Source: Planctomycetales bacterium (GTDB taxonomy: Bacteria > 4484-113). From it: a stretch of DNA of 64,000 nt. The number at the start of each line of letters is the position of its first letter. The first letter of the stretch is position 1. Of this stretch, positions 1-10,215 are shown in pieces. The notes under the pieces are model-generated. The model was not told the origin of the DNA. It saw only the letters and a list, made by a program, of their open reading frames with translations, and made no database searches. The DNA lies in assembly GCA_037441675.1 (NCBI GenBank), contig JBBIRS010000004.1, forward strand, positions 30,607 to 94,606. The letters are read 5' to 3'. A program made the position numbers and the translations under genes.

Positions 1-1423
1 TGACGAAAAGCGTTCCACTCACGAAAATACGCAGGCGATTCTAGATAGCCTGCGCTGGCTTGGGCTTGACTGGGATGAAGGACCAGAAGTTGGAGGAGAT
101 TTTGCGCCCTATTTCCAATCCGAGCGTAAGGGACTTCACTTGAAATATGCGGATAGGCTTTGGCGTGATGGCCACGCGTACTACTGCGATTGCGAACCTC
201 TCGGCGAAGAGCGGGAAGAGCGGTCAGAAGTGGAGAATGAATATTCGGCGGAAAATGATTACACGGGCGGAACTCGTGGCCAGTATGGGATTAAGACGCC
301 AGCCACCCAAGTCAAAGCCGAGAGCTACCAGGGCGTGTTCAAGCGGTGTAAGTGCATTGAGCGCACTATGAGCGAGCAGTTGAAACTTCTAGCGGTAGGA
401 AAGGCGGTCGCACTGAAGCTAAAGGTTGAGCCTGGTGAAGAGATTTCCTTCACAGACATTATCCGAGGCGAAATGGTCTTCAAGACAGAGGATATCGGTG
501 ACCAAGTCCTTGTAAAACGCACGGGTTCACCTACATATAACTTTGCCTGCGTCGTTGATGATGCTACTATGGAAATCACTCACGTTATCCGAGGAGAAGA
601 CCATCTCAGCAATACGCCCAAGCAGATACTTATCTATAAGAAGCTCGGTTTGACACCACCAGCTTTCGCACATCTGCCGTTAATTCTTGGAATGGACCGC
701 GCAAGGCTCTCCAAACGCCATGGCGCAACAAGCGTTTCTGCCTATAGGGAAATTGGAATTCTCCCTGAAGCGATGGTGAATTTCCTTTTGCTAATCGGCT
801 GGAACCCAAAAGACGAGAGGGAGGAATTTACCCGTGACGAGATGATTGCAAACTTTGACCTAACGGGAATTCAGAAAGCTGCTGGGGTGTTTAACTTAGA
901 GAAACTCTTCTGGTTTAACGGAAGATACATTCGGACTCTTAGCGACGAAGAATACCTCAAGCGAATCTATGAATACGTGCCGGCCGAATGGAAAAAGGCT
1001 CAGCGAGAGGATTATATTGCTGAGGTCTTGCTCCTTTTCAAGGACAGAGTGACGCATCTTTCGGAAATTGAAGAGCTTGCCTGGTGGTTTTTCCGCGCGC
1101 CTAACGAGAATGATTTCAAAAAAGAAGCATGGCTGGAAATTATGAATGGAGAACAAGTGGAAACAGTTTTGAAAGTTATACCTGCGAGGTTGAAGGCAAT
1201 AAAAAACTGGGAGAAGACTGAAATTGAGAACGTCATCCGTAAATACGCGAATGAAAAAGAGTTGAAACTAAAAGATGTGGTCCAGCCTTTGCGCGTTGCT
1301 ATAACAGGCGACAAGTTCAGTCCAGGATTTTTTGAGCTTGCTGAAATAATCGGCTCAGCGGAAATTGCAAAACGCGCGGAATTCGCTCGTGAGCTCTTGA
1401 AAAAGAAAGACTTCGTTGTATGA
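1..1423 (+). CDS. gltX: Glutamate--tRNA ligase (5'-truncated by window edge)
   Basis: Frame open from position 2 (LDSLRWLGLDWDEGP..PYFQSER); PTYNFACVVDD, ITHVIRGEDH, LSKRH motifs. Confidence 0.97.
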   Translation, partial: DEKRSTHENTQAILDSLRWLGLDWDEGPEVGGDFAPYFQSERKGLHLKYADRLWRDGHAYYCDCEPLGEEREERSEVENEYSAENDYTGGTRGQYGIKTPATQVKAESYQGVFKRCKCIERTMSEQLKLLAVGKAVALKLKVEPGEEISFTDIIRGEMVFKTEDIGDQVLVKRTGSPTYNFACVVDDATMEITHVIRGEDHLSNTPKQILIYKKLGLTPPAFAHLPLILGMDRARLSKRHGATSVSAYREIGILPEAMVNFLLLIGWNPKDEREEFTRDEMIANFDLTGIQKAAGVFNLEKLFWFNGRYIRTLSDEEYLKRIYEYVPAEWKKAQREDYIAEVLLLFKDRVTHLSEIEELAWWFFRAPNENDFKKEAWLEIMNGEQVETVLKVIPARLKAIKNWEKTEIENVIRKYANEKELKLKDVVQPLRVAITGDKFSPGFFELAEIIGSAEIAKRAEFARELLKKKDFVV

Positions 1424-1836
1424 AAGAGGATCTTTGGAGATTTGTTATGAGCTTCAAATTAAGTTTGTTAATCATGATTTTCGTTATTGATTTGTTCTTT
1501 TTAGTATCCTGCCCACAGAAAAATAAAGAGAGCGCGCCTGAAACATCTCAACAAGCATCAACAAACTCCTCGCCCTCTCACACTACTGAGACGATTCGAG
1601 GTAAACACTTTGAGGTGAAATTTACGCTTTCTGGTCTTAAGAGCAAAGAAGATGCAGATAAACTTCGGAGCGAAATTGTACTGATAGAAGGCGTTACCGC
1701 TGTTCAGGTGGTTTTCAAAGGTGAAAAGGAAGGTGGACTGGCTTTTATAAGTTATGATCCGAATAAAACTGACGTTAATAGCATAAAGAGGGCGATTAGT
1801 AAACTCGGCTATAGGGCTGAAGCGGAGAAAAATTAA
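1420..1836 (+). CDS. Lipoprotein with HMA-like domain lacking CXXC
   Basis: Hydrophobic signal with LVSC lipobox; HMA-type pattern (..IEGV..ISYDPNKTDVNSIKRAISKLGY); loop reads SGLKSKED instead of GMTCxxC. Confidence 0.65.
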   Translation: MKEDLWRFVMSFKLSLLIMIFVIDLFFLVSCPQKNKESAPETSQQASTNSSPSHTTETIRGKHFEVKFTLSGLKSKEDADKLRSEIVLIEGVTAVQVVFKGEKEGGLAFISYDPNKTDVNSIKRAISKLGYRAEAEKN

Positions 1837-2123
1837 GAAGATTAACTTCTCCATTTGGAAGTGTATGCTTTCACAGATAATCGTCTTGTCCTTGCCAAAC
1901 CGCAGTATTATGGAATCACTCCAACCATCAAGTGCGGGCATCACTAGGCAAGAAACATTGTTTCGTAATTACGTTTGAACACTGGTAAATTATCTTCAAG
2001 TCTTGGTAACTTCGTCTCGTACGTTTAACCATAAACGTTTCAATTGTGCTTCTCTCTTCAACGGTGTAATGAATTTAATCGCACCTAAGAAAAATAATAC
2101 AAAAAAATTACCTGCAGTTAAAA

Positions 2124-2149
2124 TATACCATACCTACCTATGGTATAAT
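2124..2149 (+). promoter_or_regulatory. CsoR-type operator overlapping an extended -10 element
   Basis: Perfect 9-bp inverted repeat TATACCATA-N6-TATGGTATA (2124-2147) containing TACC-N7-GGTA; TG-N-TATAAT ending at 2149; csoR gene lies downstream. Confidence 0.6.
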
Positions 2150-2163
2150 AATTCATCTTAGAT

Positions 2164-3640
2164 ATGAGTGATATGGGTATCCATAGAAGGAACGATTCAT
2201 ACGACATCCTGATACTGGGCGCAGGCTCAGCCGCTTTTGCCGCCGCTCTTAAAGCTGAACAGCTGGGGAAAATTGTGCTCATGGTTGAAAATCGCGTTAT
2301 CGGCGGAACCTGAGTGAATCGCGGATGTATCCCCAGTAAGTTTTTAATAAACGCAGCTAAGATTTATCATCAACACAAGTCTTTGAAATTCAATGGCCTT
2401 AATCTTACTGCGAACCCAGTGGCTTTTGAGGCACTCATCAAGCAGAAGGACTCATTAGTGGAAAAACTGAGGAAGGCAAAGTATATGGATATTGCCCAAG
2501 ACAGCCCAAACATAACTGTCATTGAGGGAACAGCAAGATTTAGAAATGAGCACTCAGTATGGGTTAATGGTAAGCTCTACTCAGCAGAGCACATCCTTGT
2601 GACTACTGGAGCGTGTCCGTTTATACCGCCCATTCGAGGGCTAGACAAAGTACCGTATCTAACAAGTGAGCTCATCTCAACCGAAAGTGGAACAAGGCTA
2701 AGTTACTTACCCCGAAAGCTAGTGGTCCTAGGAGGTGGTTATATCGCATGCGAGCTAGCCCAGATGTTCCATAGATTTGGCTCTGAGGTCATTCTAATTG
2801 TACGAGGAAACCGCCTGCTACCAACAGGTTTTGAACCAATACTAGGTGAAACTCTGTTGAACATTTTCACTGAGGAAGGTATAACTGTAATGCTAGGTTA
2901 TCAACCTATAGAGGTTCAAAAATGTGAAGATGAAATTCAACTTCTTGTCAAGTCTTCCGATGAAGGAAGCGAATCCTTAAACAAAAAGCTTATAAGCGCT
3001 TCTCATCTGTTAATTGCCACCGGAGTTTGCCCAAATACTGCGGGATTGAACCTAGAAGCAGCTGGCATTCAAAAAGATGAAGCGGGCTTCATTGTCGTGG
3101 ACGGATACTTCCGAACCTCTACCCCAGGCGTATGGGCGGTGGGTGACGTAATCGGACCGCCTTTAGCTACGCCGATTAGCGCGAGAGAAGCTGTGCTTGC
3201 AGTTCACAATATGTTCGCCGCAGAGAATGAAAATGAAATGAAGTCAATGAACTACATAGCGGTACCCCGTGCTGTGTTTACGGATCCGGAAGTGGCTACC
3301 GTTGGGCTCACAACAGAGCAGGCAAAAGAACTCGAAATAGAAACGGTGTCACGCACAATCACCCTTGAGCATGTCCCGAGAGCAAATTGCTTGTTGGATA
3401 CGAGGGGTGTGGCAAAAATGCTCATCAAGAAGGATACTCAACAGGTGCTAGGAGTGCATCTAGTAGCTCATAATGCTTCCGAAATTATACACGAGGCTAC
3501 CCTTAGCCCTCCTATGCGGACTAACCTTAGAGGATATCATTGAAACGGTTCACGTATACCCGACAATGAGCGAGGTTATTAGAATGCTTGTTCAAGCCTT
3601 TGAACGGGACGTGGCTAAGCTATCCTGTTGCGCTGAATAA
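2164..3640 (+). CDS. merA: Mercuric reductase-like flavoprotein with in-frame TGA (2311-2313) and a frameshift near 3500; selenoprotein or pseudogene
   Basis: DILILGAGSAAFAAA FAD motif from ATG 2164; GGT*VNRGCIPSK; shifted C-terminus HVYPTMSE..KLSCCAE* with the MerA vicinal Cys pair; no N-terminal HMA domain. Confidence 0.85.
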
Positions 3641-3726
3641 GAAAATCTATGGCGCAGAATTTGAGGCTTAATGACAAATGAGATACTACTTGAAAGACTA
3701 ATATCCAAATCTATCTGGAGGTTCAT

Positions 3727-4026
3727 ATGGAAAAATGCAAGACTGCTGTTTACCTAAGCGACGAAGTTCAGAGAGAACTAAGAGACCGACTCAACAGGAT
3801 AACGGGGCAGGTAAAGGGTTTACTACAGATGATTGAAAAGCATAGTGAGTGCGAATCTATTCTCATTCAATTCGCTAGCGTCAAATCTGCACTTTCTTCA
3901 GCGATGGTCAGACTACTCGAAGGGCACATTGAAACTTGTGTTCTTGAAGACGTAAGGCAAAGGAGAGGCGAGGAAGCCTTAAAGAAGTTAGGTTCTGCCC
4001 TGTCAATAGCGCTAAGGAGGACTTAA
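3727..4026 (+). CDS. csoR: CsoR/RcnR-family metal-sensing repressor
   Basis: RLNRITGQVKGL..C..ILIQFASVKSAL..HIETC; Cys/His/Cys ligand set. Confidence 0.9.
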   Translation: MEKCKTAVYLSDEVQRELRDRLNRITGQVKGLLQMIEKHSECESILIQFASVKSALSSAMVRLLEGHIETCVLEDVRQRRGEEALKKLGSALSIALRRT

Positions 4027-4069
4027 CGTTATTGATTATTTTGAAATGTAAAAACAAGGAGAAAATACT

Positions 4070-4801
4070 ATAGAAAACAAACTAACAAAAAGCATTGTTA
4101 TGCGGATTGTTGCCCTTATTCTTGGCGGAATGGCTCCGCTTACTCTTCTCATCTCTGCAGGAAAAATCGTTCCTCTTCGTGTAAGTTTCTTCTACTATCT
4201 TGTTCCAGCGTTTATCTTGCTGATTGTGCTAGCGGTAATTTGGTCAAGGGAAGCGGATGACTTTGTCGGAAAACAGGTTGGTGTCTCATTTATGGCTGGT
4301 ATCGCCCTAACCCTAGTCCTAGACGCATTGAGGTGGGGCGCGGTAGCAAATAAGTTTATGCCAATGGACATCCAACAGGATTTGGAATGATGATTACCGG
4401 TATGCAAATGCCTATGATGGATGGGTGGTAATGGCAGTGGTGGCATGGAAGGGCAAATGATGACTATGATGCCGTTGGGGGTTCTATTTGCAGGTTATAT
4501 CTATCATTACATGAATGGTGTTGCCTTTGCGCTTATATACATCCTGCTGTTTGGTAGTCAGCGTTACTACTGGGGTATAGTCTACGCTCTCCTTTTCACT
4601 GAGTTAGGAATGATGGTGTCATTACCTTTGCTTATGCCGGGCGCATCAATAGCTGCGCTTAACATGGGTGGTGGGGTACTGCTTGGTTCTATGCTTGCGC
4701 ACACAGCTTTAGGCTATGTACTCGGCTTTTTCTCTGAACATGAAGTTCACGGTAATGGTCTAATTCAGGAAATTCTAGCATGGTCAACACAAAAAGGATA
4801 A
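4070..4801 (+). pseudogene. Multi-pass membrane protein with a Met-rich loop, disrupted
   Basis: ORFs 4100-4390 and 4421-4801 are in the same frame, bridged by an alternative frame TGFGMMITGMQMPMM (two compensating indels); RBS AAGGAG at 4056 precedes an in-frame ATA at 4070. Confidence 0.6.
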
Positions 4802-4817
4802 AAGAGGTGAACCGTCT

Positions 4818-5899
4818 ATGAAAAACAATAAATCTAGTTTATTCGCAAGTGGAGGTCTTCTAGCGGCTATGGTGAGCTATGCCTGCTGCACGCTACCTTT
4901 TATTCTTGGCGGTATAGGCGTTAGCTCGGGATGGCTTTCAACATACTTAGAACCTATTCGCCCTTACTTAATTGTTATGAGCCTCATTATTCTAGCATCA
5001 GCACATTACTTCGCGTGGAGACCAAAGAGAAATACATCTCAAAAAGAATTTGCAAGTTTATCAGATGTGGAAGCTTGCACTCACTGCCATAATCCGATAT
5101 CGGCTGACGTTGAAAGAGCTAGTTCATTAAGAATTTTGACCGCTTCACAAGTTATAAGCCCGCCAGTACATTAATAAACTTTCTAGCGCTAGAAGCTGTA
5201 ACTCTCATATCAGCTATACTGATAGTCTTCCCATACCTTAGCCATAAATACTATCAGGACGGCGCACTTGCTCAGACTAGATCTGCAAATTGGTCAACAA
5301 GCGAAAATTCACGAGTAACTGAGAAAGTTCCAATTTTAAACGATGAGCTCAATTCGTTAAACCTAGAAGTTGGAGGAATGACCTGCGGCGCATGTGCAGC
5401 TGGGATTAAATATTCCCTTGAAAGAATGGAAGGAGTTCAAAGTGCTAATGTAATTTTCAAGGGGATGAGCCAAGAGGGTGAAGTAGAAGTGAAGTATGAT
5501 AGGAAGAAAGTTTCAAAGGAACAGATTCGAAAGAAAATTGAAACACTTGGGTATAACGTTGGTAAGGATGCTGAAAAAAAAATGAAGATTGAAATTCTAT
5601 ACTTTGATGGTTGCCCAACTTACAAGCTGGTGGAGAAATGGCTGAATGAACTCCGAGAGGAAGAGGGATTTCAGTTCGAACTTGAGCTGATAAACGTGGA
5701 TAGCGATGAGAAGGCGGTTCAGCTTAAGTTTACGGGTTCACCTACGGTAAGGGTGAATGGAGAAGAGCTTTTTCCACCAAGCCCTGAGGCGCCATACGCA
5801 CGCACCTGCAGAATGTTCTGTTGGAATGGGAAAATGCATGGAGCGCCTCCAAGGGAAATGCTCCATCAGAAAATTTCAGCCTTAATTAAACATTCCTGA
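4818..5899 (+). CDS. MerT-like transporter + HMA + thioredoxin-like (DUF2703/DF-type) fusion, one frameshift at ~5123-5170
   Basis: ACCTLP..LEPIRPY (MerT); second frame open from ~5123 through a TM helix (..IVFPY) into GMTCGAC (HMA) and YFDGCP..FTGSPTVRVNG..TCRMF. Confidence 0.7.
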
Positions 5900-5953
5900 C
5901 ATTTTTCTGCATTGTTCCGTTTCATCTTGTGCTATACTGACAGTCCCGAATAG

Positions 5954-7345
5954 ATGAACCTCTTATTTAAGCGCGTAAAGGTTTTTGATGGAACAAAGTT
6001 CCTGAAAGGTAGAAGGGATGTTTTGCTTTTGAAGGATAGGGTTGAAAGAATTGAGGAACAAATCGCTACTCGGGGACTTCCAAAGAGTACAAAGATAATA
6101 GAATGCCACAACCTCTGGCTTTCTCCGGGATTCATTGATTTGCATTGTCATTTACGTGAGCCTGGAGAGATTGAAAAAGAAACAATTGAAACCGGACTAC
6201 TTTCCGCAGGAAAAGGAGGCTTCACATTTGTAGTTTCAATGCCGAACACAAAACCACCTTGCGACAATATTAAGATCTATAAGTTTCAACTGCAGGCGAG
6301 GGAGAAAGCTATAAAAAATGTTGGTCGTATTCTTCCTGAACTTTTACCCTCATGCGCATTGACAAAGGGAAGGCAAGGCGCTGAGCCGGTGAAATTTGCT
6401 CCACTAGTGAAAGCTGGGGGCAAGATTTTTACCGATGACGGACGCGATGTTCTGGACGAGTTCGTTCTACGGGAAATATTCTTGAATCTTTCAAGGTTTA
6501 AGGGAATTAGAAAAATGTTCCACGCTGAAGCATACGGGCTATCTAAAGGGGGTATTGTTCATTTGGGTCCTGTAAGCAAGAAACTAAAGGTTCAGGGAAA
6601 CACTAGATTATCTGAGGATGTGGCGGTTGCACGTGCCCTTGTGTTTGCGGAGGCTTTCAAAGTTCCAATTCACATTACACATTTAAGTAGTTACCGAAGT
6701 GTCCTCTTTATCAAGAGAGCAAAGAGAGTATTTGAAGATGAACTGGGACTTCATGACGCGCTGACGTGCGATGTTACTCCGCATCATCTTGCGCTTACTG
6801 TTGAGGACGTAAAGAAATTAGGTTCTCTGGCAAAAGCAAACCCTCCTTTACGAGAGGAAAAGGATAGAGATTATCTAGTAAAGGGATTACTTGACGGAAC
6901 AATTGATTGCATTGCTACTGACCACGCTCCACATACCTCTAAGGAGAAGGCTCTAGGGTTGAAAAAAGCTCCCTTTGGCATCGGCGGGTTTGAAACGGCG
7001 TTCGCGGTAGCGATGGAAGCATGTAACGCGTGGAAAAATTTAGAGAGAACAGAAAGAGTCCTATCAGCCCTAACAAGCAAGCCCGCAGAGATACTTTATA
7101 TACCTGAACGTGGACGACTCAGAGAAGGATCCTACGCAAACATCACCGTCATTGATCCTAATTGCCGATGGATAGTGCGGGGAGAAGAGTTTGCCAGCAA
7201 ATGTAAACTTACCCCCTTTGAAGGCAGAGAGCTAAGGGGAAAGGTTGTCGCAACTTTAGTAAATGGAGAAGTTGCTTACGCCGATTGCGAAAGATTCAAA
7301 TGCAGAAATTGCGAAATATTAAATGGCATAGGATGTAGTTCATAA
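5954..7345 (+). CDS. pyrC: Dihydroorotase
   Basis: PGFIDLHCHLREPG, MPNTKP, TPHHL, NPPLR, IATDHAPH. Confidence 0.96.
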   Translation: MNLLFKRVKVFDGTKFLKGRRDVLLLKDRVERIEEQIATRGLPKSTKIIECHNLWLSPGFIDLHCHLREPGEIEKETIETGLLSAGKGGFTFVVSMPNTKPPCDNIKIYKFQLQAREKAIKNVGRILPELLPSCALTKGRQGAEPVKFAPLVKAGGKIFTDDGRDVLDEFVLREIFLNLSRFKGIRKMFHAEAYGLSKGGIVHLGPVSKKLKVQGNTRLSEDVAVARALVFAEAFKVPIHITHLSSYRSVLFIKRAKRVFEDELGLHDALTCDVTPHHLALTVEDVKKLGSLAKANPPLREEKDRDYLVKGLLDGTIDCIATDHAPHTSKEKALGLKKAPFGIGGFETAFAVAMEACNAWKNLERTERVLSALTSKPAEILYIPERGRLREGSYANITVIDPNCRWIVRGEEFASKCKLTPFEGRELRGKVVATLVNGEVAYADCERFKCRNCEILNGIGCSS

Positions 7346-7357
7346 GATCTTACAAGT

Positions 7358-8635
7358 ATGAAGAAGGCGATTCTCGTTCTTGAAGATGGAAAAGTGTTAG
7401 AGGGTGAGCTTATCGGCAAGCCTGGAACCACTCATGGCGAAATCGTTTTTAATACCTCAATGATGGGTTACCAGGAGATTCTGACAGATCCAAGCTACGC
7501 AGGACAAATAATAGTTTTCACCTTTCCCCTTATTGGCATTTACGGTGTGAATCCCGAGGATGACCAAAGTAGGAAGATATTCGCCCGTGGTCTAATTGTC
7601 TCAGAGTACTGTCCACATATGGACAATTTCCGAGCGGACAGACTTCTAATCGACAAATTAAAGAGTGATGGAATTACGGGAATATCGGGTATTGACACCC
7701 GATTCGTTACAAAGATTATTCGCGATGCTGGAGAGATGAAAGCATTAATCACCAGTGAGCTTACAGAGACTGAGGCAAAACAAACGCTAGCTGACACACC
7801 AGTTTTATCTCAGGAAGATGTGGTGAAAGAGGTAGTCTTAGCAGAACCTTACGACTGGCCACCACCAGGAAGGAAAATTGCCCCAAACACCCTACTTGAG
7901 GGTGTCGCATTTATGGAGGCTGAGAAGGAAAAAAGCTTGACCGAATTCTCACGGAAAGAATCGCAAGCAGAGAGCTTCCGTGTGGCGGTGATGGACTTCG
8001 GAGTGAAGTATGCGATTCTTGATAATCTCGTTTCACGAGGTTGCGAAGTTCGCGTCTTCCCAGCGACGAGCGGAGCTGAAGAGATTCTCAAGTATCAGCC
8101 GGATGGTCTGCTTATAAGTAATGGTCCCGGTGACCCTGCCAGATGCAATTTTGCATTTCCCACGATTCGAGAGTTTTCAAGCAAGCTTCCTACTTTTGGG
8201 ATTTGCCTTGGGCATCAGCTCCTGGCTTATGCCTACGGGCTATCCTGCTATAAGATGAAATTTGGGCATAGGGGTGCAAATCACCCGGTGAGGGATTTGA
8301 GGGATACTCACGCACACATTACAAGCCAAAACCACTCCTACGCAGTCAAATTGCCTGAAGAAGTTGTTGAAAAGTTGAGGGAGGAACGAGGCGAAAAAGT
8401 TGGAGAACGTGCTTCGCTTGCGCTACCAAGAGCACAATTTGAAATTGAAGGAACTGGGCTAATAGTTGATAAAGTACATATAAACGATGGAACAGTTGAA
8501 GGATTGCACCACGAAAAATTCCCATTCTTCTCGGTGCAATACCACCCTGAAGGACATCCAGGACCCGAGGATAATCTGTATCTCTTTGATGAGTTTATAG
8601 GCAAGATTAAGGCGCAAAAGGGATACGATTCTTAA
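7358..8635 (+). CDS. carA: Carbamoyl-phosphate synthase small subunit
   Basis: GEIVFNTSMMGYQEILTDPSY, SNGPGDP, GICLGHQ, VQYHPE. Confidence 0.97.
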   Translation: MKKAILVLEDGKVLEGELIGKPGTTHGEIVFNTSMMGYQEILTDPSYAGQIIVFTFPLIGIYGVNPEDDQSRKIFARGLIVSEYCPHMDNFRADRLLIDKLKSDGITGISGIDTRFVTKIIRDAGEMKALITSELTETEAKQTLADTPVLSQEDVVKEVVLAEPYDWPPPGRKIAPNTLLEGVAFMEAEKEKSLTEFSRKESQAESFRVAVMDFGVKYAILDNLVSRGCEVRVFPATSGAEEILKYQPDGLLISNGPGDPARCNFAFPTIREFSSKLPTFGICLGHQLLAYAYGLSCYKMKFGHRGANHPVRDLRDTHAHITSQNHSYAVKLPEEVVEKLREERGEKVGERASLALPRAQFEIEGTGLIVDKVHINDGTVEGLHHEKFPFFSVQYHPEGHPGPEDNLYLFDEFIGKIKAQKGYDS

Positions 8636-8742
8636 TCGTTCAGTTCGGACACGCACACATTTTCCCAGATTCCTCCATCATTCTTGAACAATGAACAATG
8701 AATTGAGTATTAGTGTCTATATATTTACTTAGGATGTGAAGA

Positions 8743-10203
8743 ATGACGGCTTGGAACAAAGAATTATCTCAACACCTACTAAGTAGAGCTGGCTTTGGTG
8801 GGGATGTAAAACTCAGGGATCACTTCGTTAAATTAGGAATATCTGAGGCGGTGAACGCTTTGTTTCCTCCTGATAATTACAGTTCTGCCTCCTCGCCAGA
8901 CTTGAGTTCGGTAAGAGAGATGGAGGAGCAGGCGGTAAGAATCCTCAGACAACCTGGCGCAAGGCAAAAGCTTCGAGAAACAGAGGAGGGGAAAGAGCTG
9001 TTGCAGAAGTTTCAGCAGGCGAATCGGCAGGGGATAATTGCCATCACTGGCTGGTGGGTGGATGAAATGCTGAGGACACCCTACCCTCTCCTTGAAAAGA
9101 TGACACTCTTCTGGCACAACCATTTCACTAGCTCCTTTATGGACGTAAAAAGAGCAAATTTTTTATGGAAACAAAACGACCTCTTGAGGAAAAACGCTCT
9201 TGGAAGCTTTAGAACTCTTCTTCTAGAAACTGCCAAAGATCCTGCGATGCTTGAATACCTTGATAATAGCCAGAACAGGAAAGAACATCCAAACGAGAAC
9301 TACGCGAGGGAACTTTGTGAGCTATTCACACTCGGAGAGGGAAACTACACTGACCAAGATGTAAAAGAAGCGGCGAGAGCATTCACAGGATGGACACATA
9401 ATCCACAAGGAGAGTTCATATTCCGTCCAGCTTGGCACGACAATGGGGAGAAGACTTTTCTTGGTAGAAGGGGAAACTTTAATGGTGAGGACATTATTGA
9501 AATCCTACTTGAAGAAAAAGAGACTTCAAGATTCCTAACGAGGAAATTCTTGCGATTCTTCATAACGGAAGAACCTAATTCGCAAATGATAGAAAAGTTT
9601 GCAGATATTTTTAGAAAAGGCGACTTAGAAGTAAAACCGTTACTAAAATCAATGTTCACTTCCGAAGAGTTTTATTCAGATCAAAACCGCGGAAACCTTG
9701 TGAAGAGTCCTGTTGATTTCGTTATAGGAACTTTGAGGTTGATGAGAATAAATTTTCCACGCCCTGAGATACTGTGGGGATTTATGGGGTTAATGGGGCA
9801 GAGGCTTCTTGACCCACCAACCGTTGCCGGATGGAAAGGAGGCAAGAACTGGCTCTCATCCTCAACTCTTACATTAAGAAACGATTTCATCCGCGCTCTT
9901 ATAACGGGTGAAATTCCAAATATTAGTCCCAGGGGAAAAGTTAAAAATAGAGCCAAGCAAATAAAGCTACCTCGCCCGCCATTCGTTCCAGAGAACGTGC
10001 TTCCTCAAGAGGCATTTTCCAATCCGACAAATGCAGTTATTCACACTGTAGACCATTTCATCGGACGCGAACTTTCCCCCGATCGCCTTCAGCCTTTATT
10101 TAAGTTCGCGCAGGATGCTTTTCTGCAAGAAAAGGAGGAGGCCTCTGCCTTGAGGAGAATTACTTACCTGGTATTATCAATGCCCGAGTATCAACTTTGT
10201 TAG
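8743..10203 (+). CDS. DUF1800-family protein
   Basis: HLLSRAGFG, LEKMTLFWHNHF, DPAMLEYLDN, PNENYARELCELFTLG, C-terminal PEYQL. Confidence 0.92.
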   Translation: MTAWNKELSQHLLSRAGFGGDVKLRDHFVKLGISEAVNALFPPDNYSSASSPDLSSVREMEEQAVRILRQPGARQKLRETEEGKELLQKFQQANRQGIIAITGWWVDEMLRTPYPLLEKMTLFWHNHFTSSFMDVKRANFLWKQNDLLRKNALGSFRTLLLETAKDPAMLEYLDNSQNRKEHPNENYARELCELFTLGEGNYTDQDVKEAARAFTGWTHNPQGEFIFRPAWHDNGEKTFLGRRGNFNGEDIIEILLEEKETSRFLTRKFLRFFITEEPNSQMIEKFADIFRKGDLEVKPLLKSMFTSEEFYSDQNRGNLVKSPVDFVIGTLRLMRINFPRPEILWGFMGLMGQRLLDPPTVAGWKGGKNWLSSSTLTLRNDFIRALITGEIPNISPRGKVKNRAKQIKLPRPPFVPENVLPQEAFSNPTNAVIHTVDHFIGRELSPDRLQPLFKFAQDAFLQEKEEASALRRITYLVLSMPEYQLC

Positions 10204-10215
10204 GAGAAAAAGAAA

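Noticed and set aside
7358..8635. carA without adjacent carB and with two charged insertions
   Set aside because: Split carA/carB is common and the catalytic motifs are intact
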